NCBI RefSeq assembly: GCF_001194135.2
Contig: NC_068998.1
Location: 21,848,233 to 21,912,232, forward strand
Source: Octopus bimaculoides
Lineage: Eukaryota
DNA length: 64,000 nt
Reading direction: 5' to 3'
Below are positions 12,468 to 25,349 of the stretch, piece by piece. A program made the position numbers and the translations under genes. Numbering within the stretch: position 1 is the first letter of the stretch; every line of letters starts with the position of its first letter. The notes below the pieces were generated by a model that made no database searches, had not been told where the DNA came from, and saw only the letters and a program-made list of their open reading frames with translations.

Positions 12468-15400
12468 ACACACACACACACATACACACACACACATATA
12501 TATATATATGTATACATATATATGTTTGTATGTATGTATGTATGTATGTATATACAACATTTAACATGCCCTAACATTGAAGCGTCTAACTAATGTTCAT
12601 AAGTATTGTATAAAGCACTTCCAAAATAATCATAACATAAAATTTTCACCGTCAAATAGACTTCGATAGTTATTATTTATTTATACGCTAAGATGACTTT
12701 TCACTAATTCAGTTATAAATTAATTTTTTCATAACGTATAACATGAATGCTGTATCGGTTTAACGAAATAATTCAAATCAGTTAAAGTCAGTGTACAACA
12801 GATATATTTTTATAATCAGTTATCTCCTGGCTGCAGATGGGCTTGAAATTAAAGTTAACAGCCAGTTAGCTTTCATCTTATGAGATCTCGGTCATAGAAA
12901 GAATTAATTTATATATACAACCATTTCCATATAATCTTAACCGTAACAAATCTACTTTAAACACACTTCAAACATTATCTCATTGAATTGTAATCTACTA
13001 ATATATTTCGGAGATAATTGATTTTCTAAATATAAATTTAAGGAAATCAAATTAATTGGGGACAATTTAACCGTAAAATTTGTTTATTTAACCTTCTATT
13101 TTTAAAATTATATTTACACGCATCATGTTGTAAATAAACGTTACCATATTGAATTTCTCGTAGTTTTTCTGAATTTGGTCTCAACATTATCATCGGCTGT
13201 TGATAATGTTGAAGCAACAAACAATTAAAAAGTTTACTTCTGTTTATTCCTATTATTCATGTAATTACGTAATGTGCACAATAAAACGAAAGATTTTGGT
13301 GTGTCCTCTTTTTAGAAACTCTTACATATGATTGTAAAAGTATTTACATTTATACAAAATGTTTTTTAATCACGTTATGTTAATCGCAATCCTCGTCAAA
13401 ATAATTCGATGATATACATATGAATAGAAGCAATCGACGTTACCTTTAAATCATTAAAACCACCGGCTGAATTCAAATGAGTTTGTATCCTTTTGTAATT
13501 AAGAAGCTTATTTCAGTAGTAATTGAATCTGGGTCTTCTGAGATTAGTCGCATCAGATTTTGATAAATACGCTGCAAATTGTTTAGGACCCGTCTCATGG
13601 AAGTCTAATGAGGCCTATTGGGTTTCATAGAAAAATACAGTAATTCTCTCTATATATAAGAAATTATTTTGTCTCCTGATATTTGATAATTCAGTTTGAA
13701 GGCGATATGCCATATTATTCGTATCGATTATAGGATCATCAATGTGGTGCTAATGTCGATTAAAAGAATTATATGTTTAAGTATAATAAGGCAGAATTAC
13801 CATTTTCGGTTAGATAATTTGCCCAGTATCACTGAGACCTATAAATGAGATCTGCCTCACCTTACCTAATGGGTTTAATGTAAAATAACTTATTGTGTGA
13901 GTCAAATTAAACGCATTTAACGTTTTGTACAGCATCTAATGTAAACCGAGATAACACAAAATACAGTCAGACTCACCGTTGTTCACTCCTTGACCATACC
14001 ACTTACTTATATTTAACATGTCAGCAAACACATTTGAATTTTAATTTAAGTGAAAATATCCCTACATCATTCAAATGAATATCGATATTCAAGTTACTGT
14101 TTTAATGTTCCCATTAAAATCTCGCGCATTTTACAGAACTTTGAATGAGTTACCCTTGTCACGTATCTTTCCAAACTACAAGTCACGAAATATATGGTAT
14201 AGGAAATTAAAATGCCTTCTCATCTGAAATTTTTCTTTAAAAATCACACATAGAATAAACTAATAATAACCTCTTTCCTTATTAATAACGTCACTTCTAA
14301 TACTTGAAAATGATCTATATCGGATTTCAAGCGTATATTTCCGTTAATTTTGAAACTTAAGATGCATGAGGCACTATGGTTTCATGGAGAAGATTCAATA
14401 CAACACCTCCAATTGTACAATTACATTAATAGAAGGAAAGAGGAAATCCTAATAGTTTATCCTAATAGTTTATATGTTCTTTCTCCAAAATATGGTGAGT
14501 TTATTATTTGTGTTCATTTGAATAAAAATACGTTTTCCATACCATTTGTGTAAATACAATTTCTGAAGAAGTCACTTTTCAGGCATTTCTAATATTACAA
14601 ATCGAACATTATTTATGAAACAGAAAAAAAACAAGGAAAGACATAATTCTTCCAGAAACGTAATATACTCATAATATATTTGCATTCGCATGTAGCATAT
14701 TTACGAATTTGTTGACGATTGAAGCGAATGATATTTTAAAATTGTTTTGTATATAGATTACGTTTCGAAATTTCTTTTGATTCTCAGGTTTACTTACGTC
14801 ACTTCGTCAATTCCCGATCATCTAAACGGTACAAAGGTTTTAATTCTGTTCTAGTCCTAAATGCTGCGAATATAGTCAGTTGATTGACAGAGGAGATACA
14901 TGTGCAGTAATTGATTTATCCTTGTATGTGTGAGTCTGTCTTACTACAATGGATGGTTGAAATGAGGAATAAACAAGGTGAGGCTCATATTTTCGTGTTT
15001 GTTTTATATAGTTTTGATTCGTTGGGTATTTGTTATAAATTTTATGGAAACTATTCACGTAAAGGTTGTCAGGCATCGATTTTCAGACAACATTTTGGAA
15101 AATCTCAGGCTTACGCTACTGAATAGATGTTTTATTATTGAAGGTTGGTAGCTGCAATGTTCTATCAATACAATGCTTTTGCGTAGATATGTTTGAAGTT
15201 CTGTGTAATAAATAAGATTAATATGGATCACTATGCTGAGCTACAAAACTTGATTGACGTTTTATCTAATTGATTATTTATCTGTATATGTATTCTCCTT
15301 TATAATGTTTGTTTATTTACTTGTGCAGGTATATACAATAGCACATATAAGCAGATAAGATAGGGAACAATTTAAGACTTTCTGTGTTAAAGCTAGCTCC

Positions 15401-15474
15401 ATTCCGTTCTCAGTAGTTTAAAGGCGAAGCCCCAATGAAACTTTTGATTAAATACAACAAATACAGAGATAGAT

Positions 15475-15475
<1 letters not shown>

Positions 15476-15552
<77 letters not shown>
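15476..15552 (+). repeat. (GA)n microsatellite
   Basis: Pure GA array. The complementary (CT)n array is at ~16248-16284; other (GA)n arrays at 33389-33417 and 38298-38356. Confidence 0.97.
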
Positions 15553-15555
<3 letters not shown>

Positions 15556-15693
15556 GAGAATGAGAGGGAGAGACAAAAAAAAGAGAGAAAGATATGGGGA
15601 CAGAAAGAAAATGAGATTGAATGAAGGGTGCAAGTCTCTGCTACGAAATGTTTCAGGTCTTCTTTCCTTACACACACATCAAAACGTCGATGT

Positions 15694-15775
15694 ACTTACC
15701 TTTAATCATATGTCGACGTATTTGTTTACAAACTGTCACGCCATTTTGAGTTTAGTAACACGCACGCGAGCGCAA
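15694..15775 (-). promoter_or_regulatory. Candidate minus-strand promoter/first non-coding exon ending at a consensus 5' splice site
   Basis: On the minus strand: a CpG-rich GCGCTCGCGTGCG, then CAAAATGGCG (YY1-like, 15739-15748), then AG|GTAAGT with the donor at 15700/15699. Motif-level evidence only. Confidence 0.22.
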
Positions 15776-16247
15776 GCATACACACAAGGGTCTGTTATTT
15801 GACTGCCAGTCTGTCATCTATCTATGGGACAATCCATCTATCTGCTTACTTATCCATAGAAAAAAACTGAAACATACATATACTTCCATTCACATTGAGA
15901 CGTTATTACGTTCCTAGTCATGAAATTTTGATTGTATCATTTTCCCAAATAATTAGAGAAAAATATATGCAACACAATTTGGCTTTAGTTTTCATATATT
16001 GTTTCATCCCGGATACGATGAAGGTCGGCGGTAAATTATTCAGCACAAAGTTTCTCTTAGCAATCGAGAAAAGGTGTGAATATATGATTTCATGATTGAT
16101 GCTCAGTTACTCTATTTGGTTATTTGAGGTTTGTTGGGTTATTGAATTTTTCATTTGATCTACTGGACAGTAATATACAAAAAAAAAAAAATATTGATAT
16201 ATTAACAAAAAATATTCTTGATATTGAATGCATTTGTTCTTGATCTT

Positions 16248-16287
<40 letters not shown>

Positions 16288-16318
16288 TCTCAGTGTTTCA
16301 CCCTCTCTCAATAAATAT

Positions 16319-16935
16319 GGCGTGGCTATGTGGTACGAGGTTTGCTTCCCAACGACAATGCTCCGTGTAGAGTCCCACTGCGTGACATTTGAGTGGATTT
16401 GTTGGACGGAAACTAAAAGGTGAGCTGGCAGAGTCGTTAGAACGCCTGGCGAAATGCTTAGCGGTATTTCGTCTGTCTTTATGTTCTGAGGTCAAATTCC
16501 GCCGAGGTCGACTTTGCCTTTCATCCTTTCGGGGTCGATAAATTAAGTACCAGTTACGCACCGGGGTCGATGTAATTGACTTAATCCCTTTTATATGTCC
16601 TTGTTTGGCACCTCTATGTTTAGCCCCTTGTGGGCAATAAAGAACTAGGAAACTAAAAAAGGTTGTCGTGTTTATATATGATATAGATATATGCATGTTT
16701 GTCTCTGCGAGTGTGTATCTGTGTGCATGTGTGTGTATGTATATGTTTGAATAGGTCTTTGTGTTTGTTCTTGTTCCACACCATCGCTGCAAATTGGTGT
16801 TGATGTGTTTCTTAACTTAGCGTTTCAACTTCAAAGGAGAAGTACTGAGACTTCAATTCGTTCAACGAAAATTCTTTTCAAGGCAGTGTCCCAGGATGGC
16901 TGCAGTCTTATAACTGAAAAGTGTATAAAATATAA
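16319..16935 (+). mobile_element. tRNA-derived SINE family B (head, internal microsatellite, tail), interrupted by a family-A SINE
   Basis: Head GGCGTGGCTATGTGG...AGTCCCACTGCGTG...GAGTGGATTTG.TGGACGGAAACT (16319-16418) resembles 23219-23380. Tail (16780-16935: AACTTAGCG...AAGGCAGTGTCCCAGGATGGCTGCAGTC...ACTGAAA) resembles 25093-25285 and 58093-58290. Joining head and tail into one family rests on the TSD continuity and on recalled consensus. Confidence 0.75.
16419..16647 (+). mobile_element. tRNA-derived SINE family A, full length, with 11-bp TSD
   Basis: A-box-like TGGCAGAGTCGTTAG and B-box-like GGTCAAATTCC; central GTCGACTTTGCCTTTCATCCTTTCGGGGTCGATAAATTAAGTACCAG. GGAAACTAAAA at 16408-16418 and 16648-16658. 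Confidence 0.9.
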
Positions 16936-16987
16936 ATGATAGGAAGTTTTATATACGTATATGAGTCTCTCCATATTATATGTGAAC

Positions 16988-17150
<163 letters not shown>

Positions 17151-17174
17151 CATAATTAATAATTAAGGATACTA

Positions 17175-17524
17175 CAGATACCACGGGCAGAAGACTATTA
17201 CAACCACAAATTTTCGCTGATACGCTGAACAGAAATTCTAAGCACGAAAAGAATTGTAAATTGAAAAGCCAGACATACCCTTATCGTCAAGATTTCGAAC
17301 TTTGTGGAAGAGCCACATAGTTCAACTCAGCGACTCTCACTGATCCAAGTGTCATAGAACTTGCCCATAACAACAAATGTGCGCGATGACCGTTTTTAAT
17401 GCTGCGGCAAATAATAGATTATAAAAATATATATAAGGATATTATTGCTTACAAAAATATCAAGTGGCGCTCATTCCTCCGACTTCAATGAATGTGTATT
17501 AGTAAAAATTTGTGGTTGTTGCTG

Positions 17525-17528
<4 letters not shown>
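17175..17528. mobile_element. Probable Tc1/mariner-type MITE or deletion derivative with imperfect TIRs
   Basis: ACAACCACAAATTTTCGCTGATACGC (~17200-17224) is inverted relative to GTGTATTAGTAAAAATTTGTGGTTGT (~17494-17519). Ends read TA|CAGA...TCTG|TA. Confidence 0.55.
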
Positions 17529-17563
<35 letters not shown>

Positions 17564-17832
17564 CAGAGGTGAGGACCAAAATCCTTGAAATGGATCTCAA
17601 ACATCCTAGTCTGACGGTACAGCCCGAGTGAAGACTATATGTAAAAATATATATTCAGTATTTGCAAAAGCCATAAATATATTATAAGGAAAGGAAAAAC
17701 TGTAGGCGTAGACGATCTTTAATTCATAATCCAGGTTGGTACAGAACCAATATACAAACACACACACAGACACACATACACACACACACACATACACGCA
17801 CACACACACATACACACATACATACATACACA

Positions 17833-17871
<39 letters not shown>

Positions 17872-20800
17872 CCACACACACACACAAAACCACACACACA
17901 TATAATAGGACTGCTAATTGCACAAAATACATACCTTTCCGCCATTTTGGAATGCATTGGCGTGGCGTATTCATGCCATACACTATTGGCAAAAATAGCA
18001 TTTAATTTTATTCTCATGGGCATGATATTTGCTCTCTTTGTTGAGCTACACCTTACTCTATTTCTAAATTTTTCTCGATTGCTTTCCAACAAGAAAATGT
18101 TAGTAATTTTCCCATTGATATAAGTGTCCCGATTTCAATGAAATATATTAGTGTATCAATATACTTTGAATCTGTTACACGTTTAATTTTTCTTATACTA
18201 ACCATCGAATTTCTCTTGCATAGCTTTGCATATACATATATAAACATTTAATCTTACTGTGTTTACATTAAACAAGAAAAAAGTCGTTTCCTATTTTGGA
18301 GACACATTGGTTGAATAACAGTTACATGTTTACACGAACATTAAGTGGTATGGCGAGACTGTTAGTCTCTCAGTCCAAAAATAGCTTTTCGTTGAATAAC
18401 TCATATACCATCAACATAATATCTTAAATTCTGAGCACATTCCTTATAGGTAACCTTTCTTAAACTCATAAGAATTATTGACTAAATTACCATTCTTATA
18501 AATTTTATGTAGCAATTTGAAAGTACTTTTAAATATGTATTCATAGGAATAACTAGTATCTGTGTTTCCTCCACTCTGTATCCGGCCAATTCCGCCATGT
18601 AAACATACCCGTGCTTTTCTTCGGCGATAATTTTACTTCTCTGGGGAACTTTCCTCTTTCTTCTTTCTGACTAAGAGCTATGCTCCAAATGTAATATATT
18701 CACACATTTTATTCCATGTTAACGTAATATAGTCACATCATTTTGACTTACGTTGTTTTTCTATTTATTTTCGACGTGCCTAATCATATATACATACATG
18801 CTAACCTACATAAATGCAAACATACCTACCTACCTACCTACCTACCTACCAACCTACCTACCTATCTACCTATCTACATACATACAAACATATATACATA
18901 TATTTGCGTATATATATGTATATACATACATATATGTATATACATAGATTCACAGATAAATAAATACATATATGCACACACACATATATACATACGCATA
19001 CATGCGCGCGCTCACACACACACGCATATTCCAAACACGTAAGAGCTCTCAGAAGCACACCAGAACATTCATCTAGCCGCTAGAAATAGAATAGCTTATA
19101 CTTCCAATTTTTATGAAAGAGGGATGGTCGTTTTGCATTAAAGTTTCGCAAGTAAAGGAAACTACATTCGGGGCTGTAGTAGGTCTAGGAATAGGATAAG
19201 TTTCTAATATATTCAGTCCTATGAAGGTGGATCAACCGAGTGTCTGATTTTTCTTTAAAGTCATTTGTTGCCTGCCTCGCAGATATATTGGGTCTTGAAT
19301 GTCAACTATTTATTAAATGAGGTGTTTCGATTATATGTAAATGCCCAATTTCGAAAAATGTGAATCCATTTCATTTTGCAATGTAAAATGGTTATATAAA
19401 CGTTAAAACTAAAATTACATTTTCTAGCTTATCTGCTGAACTGATCACACTGTCTGCTTAAGTATTTCATGGTCCTTTAAAGAGTAGCAGCGTTTTATGT
19501 TATATCTTTCTCTAACCACTACATCTTGAATTCAATGCATAGAGTAACATTTTATAGATGCATTTGATAAATTTTGGGATTAATCGATTTGAAGAAATAC
19601 TTTGGGAATAACATCTTGAGATAATGGAATAAATTGAAGTTATTAAAGAATATTCAGTAATGTTACTGATAGAAATCAATAACGTATTTTCAGCACATTT
19701 GAATGTGCATATGTGTGTGTATGTATGAGTGTATATGTGTGTATGTCTATAGTAACATGATTTCTCAATATAAACGGTAATCAATGGGTGTCCAAATAAT
19801 TTTTTATTTAACCTGCTTCTCAGCAACGTACGTTCCGGTTCAACGACAAGGTTCGATTCTTTGGTCTTGCGTCTTCTTCCATTGCTCCAGATCGAACGAA
19901 ATCTTGTGTGTTAAATCAAAATTTACCATATATTTACATGATTGTTAGATATGGTGTCTGGGTTGTTATATATGTGTGAATAAACTGTCAATCGATTCAT
20001 ACATGTAAGATTGATAAAACTGCTTATAGCACCGTTGAAACTCTTGGATCAAATTTTCGCAAATATTTCATATTAAATGATGCGTGGCGCTACTGAAAAT
20101 ACTGAAATGCAGATAACTGATTCCAATGCTTATTACTCAGGAATACACATAAAAAGAAATCTCAAGTTATATGTCTGTGCTACAGTAATATGAAGACGAT
20201 ACATACTTAGGGAAGTAGAACTGATTCTTTTTGTGCAAGACACTTTAAAATATGTTGATTAAACTAAAATATGCAATTTAATGTATGTTTTAGCAACTCG
20301 CGCTTTACTAGTATTTTTGTAAGCAGTATGTCCCCTTAATTAAATGAATAAATATAGTTCCTCTCGTCGAGGATATTTTATTTGAAGTACTTGTAAACTA
20401 CTCCATCTCCTTCTGAGTGTTCGCAGTTTGCAGAAATACTTTCTCTGTAAAATCCGCAAAATATAACAAGTATGAAGAAATGTCTAATCCCATAGTTGTA
20501 ATGTAATATCTTTTATTAATTTTAGATACACCTAGAACGTTTAGCAGAAAATAGCTTCAAATATTGTACAAAAATACTAATGAACATTAGATCATTTAAA
20601 CATATTTCAACTGTTTCTACTAAAACATTTATTGAAAATATAACAACTCAATGGAAGATTTCAAGATCAAACCATTTTAGAAGTTAGGTGATGTAATATT
20701 TCGAACGATATACCTTCGAATCCTAAACGTTAGATCACAAAGAAATTGAAAACAGTTCAACAAAACGTATTTATCTCATGATTTAAATGGTCTATATCGA

Positions 20801-21291
20801 TCAAGGTTTACTGACTACCTACACTTGAATGTGAGGTATTAGCAATATATTTTGAGGACGCCAGGCGTGTGCTCATCATCGCAATTTACTTCCTTTCAGG
20901 CTATCGGTGATTATTGAAGAGCATGGTAAATATTGTTAGAACGCAAAGAACGAACATAGTTTCCAAAGATCTGGTTACGCTTCCAGCAAAACCATCATCT
21001 AAGTTTGATAGTTTTATCGACCTCGAAAAGAGGGGAGAATGCAGAAAAATAAACAAAATGCAGATAAACAAAGATGACGAAGCAACCTGCCCAAAGCACT
21101 AACAACTCTGTCACTTGACTGCCTTATCATCAAGTAAATAACAAATAATGTTCAATGACAACACATAGATTTATAGTCAACTATAACCCGGTAACGCGAT
21201 ATAGCTGCCGTTACGTCATTTATTATATCCACGTTTAACTTAAAAATATATAGATTCTTTCCCTGTCTCTCTCTCACTCACTGGCAGTGAT

Positions 21292-21323
<32 letters not shown>

Positions 21324-23115
21324 TCAAACACACACACATACAAGCACATACACGCACGCATACACAGACATTCCACAGACAAATAATATGCAAATGTTGT
21401 CATATTTTCATCTTAGCATATTTTATATGTTTACTTACGGGGTGGTTTTATATATTTTATATGTATTATGTGGGTAAAACTAGCCAAACACTCCAGAGAA
21501 TGTAAGCTGAATTACTGCACAACTACAGAACCTCCTCACAGAACATATTATTCGCTTAAGGTTTTGTTTCCTTTATCCAAATTAAAGGAAACTGGAGGTA
21601 ATTAACATTTTTTAGCTCAGGTCCTTCAGATTCTCACCAATAAATATTTATCTAAATTTATATCATTTGCCCAAATGAGTTGTTTCCATTTTATTATTTC
21701 ATAAACTATATCAGAAATCTGCTTTAAACTGATATTTGATATTTCAATAAATATAATGAAATATATATTAACCTGTTTCGTTCTTCATAAAGATATAATA
21801 TTTCCAGCAAATTTTGTTTATGTGCTTATTGAAGGTCCAGACCTAGCAAAATTCAATATACATAAATTCGTTTTGCATTAGTGAGAGAAAAAGTAGTGTG
21901 CACTACGACGTGTGTGGGGAAAAGACTTATACAAGAAAATCTTGATAGTCCATTAATATACTCGTGATAACAACGAGATATTTCCGCACACATACGTAGG
22001 CATGGAATCGAAACAAAATATTGATCAAAAATAAGCTATTAGGTTAACAGTTGAAACAGTGAAATGTCATTATAAGGTGATAGTGTGTCCTTGGGGTTTC
22101 AACTTATAACACAGCTAATCAAAACTCGTTAATTAGTAGCATTATCAATTCATTCCTGACAATCCATGTCAATAATCTATACATGCAATCTACTCGCATA
22201 AACATATAAAGCATCATAATCAATGCATTTATTTACAAGAAGCAATACGGCTTTCTGATTTCATTCAAGAAGGAAGAATGGAATATATACTGTTAATTCT
22301 TAAATATTCATACATTTCTTCATAACGCAAATTTTGTGTGATAGTTTTGTGAGTATTACAAGTTTCCATGGCATTTTTTTCATATTACATAGCACAGCAT
22401 TACTGAAGTTGAGGGTGACATTCAGTGTCAGTTGTTGGGTTTTCCTCGGGGCTAATACTAAAGCACACTGGCGAACTGCCCTAAACGCAATTCTAACATG
22501 TGCATGCACGTAGTATACGTAGTATATCAAATAGGGTGATCCAAATGCAACAACAGCTTCATCGGTAACGAAGTCCGAACACTCAACTTCGAAATGAAGG
22601 TGCACCTCCTTACTGATGTGCCTTCCCTACGCAAACGCTTAACCAGATGTGGCAACCCCACCAAACAGATACACGCACGCCTCCTGCTGGCCTCGGAGAT
22701 GAACACAGGAAATCTTTGCATCAAGGAGTATATATTGATTCATCTCCTCAATCTGAAAATTAACAATCGCCCAGAAATGGGCCGGCGACTCCTATGAATA
22801 CATTAAGTCACGAACAATATCTTCCAACGCAAACAGGTGGAAACTCGCCACAATAAAAAAAAATCGGAGAGTCACTTGCACCAACGGCTGGAAGGTTGCT
22901 GCTGCAGCTAAGTAAAGCGATGAGCAGTTTAATATAAAGTAAAGAAATGACTGTAAGCAGGCATTTGATCAACTACGTCCTCCTGAGGATAGACATTTGC
23001 ACCTGAAAAATAAAGCTTTCGTAAAACTTCGTGCATTGTTAAGAGGTCTATTTTTCATTTCTGTTTTGCACACACATGCATACACACACACACTCACACA
23101 CACACGCGCACTCAT

Positions 23116-23208
<93 letters not shown>

Positions 23209-23218
23209 TATATAGATG

Positions 23219-23380
23219 CAGGCGTGGCTTTCTTGTAAGAAGCTTGCTTGTCAACAATATGGTTCCGAGTTCAGTTCTGCTGCAGGGTATCTTCAGCAGG
23301 TACTTTCTACTATAGCCTCGAGCTGACCAAAGCCTTGTGAATGGATTTGGTAGGCGTGAACAGAGGGAAACACGTCTCAT
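23219..23380 (+). mobile_element. SINE family B head with CORE-like central segment
   Basis: GGCGTGGCT...GGTTCCGAGTTCAGTTC (B-box-like)...TTCTACTATAGCCTCGAGCTGACCAAAGCCTTGTGAATGGATTTGGTAG; similar to 16319-16418. Confidence 0.75.
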
Positions 23381-23504
23381 ACACATACACACACATATTA
23401 TATGTATCTTCGTTACAAGTTCGTAAGTCAGAAAAAGAGCATATAAAAAAAGAGCCCTATAGGCTTTTACATTCTGGACACCCTGGGTAATAAATTCCCC
23501 TCTG

Positions 23505-24690
23505 CCCACATCAGTTTATATAGAGATAATGCCTGAGCCATCTTCGGAGGCGCCAACGGCCATACATTAGATAGGCTTAGACAAGACATCATATACACCC
23601 CCCAACAACCTTGGCCTTAAAATCACCATAGAGACTAACCTCATCGTGCTGAACTTCTTGAATATCCCGCTTGATTTAGACAGTAGCACGTACAGACCAT
23701 ACCGCAAACCGAATGATAAACTATCCTACATCAAGACAGCCTCCTACCACCTAACCATAGTATTCAAAAACCAAATGAACGGTATCAGAAAACGGATTTC
23801 GAACACATCTTCAAAGAAAGATATTTTCGACGCAGCGGCTGCCTCTTAAAATGAGGCGCTAGCGGCCAGCGGGTTCAAGGACCATATGATATGTGCACCA
23901 CGATCGAGCAACCATAAAAGGAAACGCCAATGTATGACCTTATGGTTCACTTCCCCCGACTCCCTAAACGTCCGGAATGCGTAGGTAAGATCTTTCTTCG
24001 GTTGGTGGATAAGTATTTCACGCGTTCACACAAATATAGAAAGAACTTTCACAGACATAATTTAAGGATCTCTTTCAGTTGAGTACCCAATGTTAATAAA
24101 AAATTACTTAGCACTCCTAAATCACGGATAGAGGCAAGTTGTTCATGCAGGATTAGAAATGAATGCCCAGTGGACGTCCGATGTAACACCGAGGCTACAG
24201 TGTACCAAGCAAAGTTAACCTCAAATAGGAGCAGCACAAGAAACAGCAACATCAATTCCAACACAGGGACACACACTAACATTTATGTCGGATCTTGTTA
24301 ATCTAAATTTGAAATTCACAAACAACAACAGATTATCTTTCAGGATGCCGGAGAAATACAATACAACGACACTCGCAGCATACGTATGGCGCATATATGG
24401 CGATCAAACGTCCTTTAACATCAGGTAGAAATTACTAGAAACTTGTGGACCCTATCTCAATGGAACAAGGTTATGTATATTGTGTATGGCAGAAAAATAT
24501 ATAATCCTAATGAGCTCACATGACCCGTGGAGAGTTTTCCACATTTTCGGAAATTTTTACTTCAAATATGGAAAACCTAGCTATCAAGCGAAGGAAGACA
24601 ACTCATCAGCCTATAATTTTTAAGAGGAATACTTCATCAGTTATCACCGGCATTCTTGTGTTTTTTTAAAAAAAACATTCTTTGCAGAGA
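23505..24690 (+). mobile_element. Penelope-like retroelement, 5'-truncated: RT C-terminal half plus GIY-YIG endonuclease, decayed
   Basis: SLYRDNA (YRDD remnant), LDRLRQDII, LGLKITIETNL, NFLNIPLDL, YRPYRKPND, KRISNTSSKKDIFD, CSCRIRNECP, TVYQAK, IYVG, SFNIR*KLLETCGPYLNGTRLCILCMAEKYIIL. These are characteristic Penelope RT/GIY-YIG motifs. Confidence 0.9.
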
Positions 24691-25018
24691 ACAGTTATCG
24701 TTTAGAGAAACTGAAGATATATCTAGTTCACGGTACATATCAAACCAATGGTATTTCTCTAAAACTGTTACTTTGCACATATAATTATACATGTATATAT
24801 ATATATATATATATNNNNNNNNNNNNNNNNNNNNNNNNNNNNNNNNNNNNNNNNNNNNNNNNNNNNNNNNNNNNNNNNNNNNNNNNNNNNNNNNNNNNNN
24901 NNNNNNNNNNNNNNNNNNNNNNNNNNNNNNNNNNNNNNNNNNNNNNNNNNNNNNNNNNNNNNNNNNNNNNNNNNNNNNNNNNNNNNNNNNNNNNNNNNNN
25001 NNNNNNNNNNNNNNNNNN

Positions 25019-25076
<58 letters not shown>

Positions 25077-25092
25077 ATTGTTTATTTTTATG

Positions 25093-25285
25093 CTTGTGTT
25101 TGTCTCCCGTCACCACTTGACAACCAGTGTTGGCGTGCTTACGTCTCTATATCTTAAATGTTCGGCAAAAATGGAGCTACACTGTAGGACCAAAATAACG
25201 GCCGTTTAAAAGCACACAGCTTCAAGGCGGTGTTCTAGTATGGGATCTATCATATGACTGAAACAACCAAAAAAATAAACGAATA
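25093..25285 (+). mobile_element. SINE family B tail
   Basis: CTTGACAACCAGTGTTGGCGTGCTTACGTC...TTCGGCAAAA...AAGGCGGTGTTCTAGTATGG...ATGACTGAAACAA; similar to 58093-58290 and 16780-16935; preceded by (TG)n. Confidence 0.72.
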
Positions 25286-25310
25286 TATATGTGTGCATGC
25301 ATGTGCGTAT

Positions 25311-25349
<39 letters not shown>

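Noticed and set aside
16419-16500. tRNA genes at SINE heads (also 23219 and 35216)
   Set aside because: A/B-box-like motifs are present, but there is no complete cloverleaf and each continues into a SINE body.
20900-21102. Acceptor-led 59-62-aa ORF (MVNIVRTQ...TCPKH)
   Set aside because: An in-frame TGA lies between the acceptor and the ATG; no recognisable homology and no partner exons.
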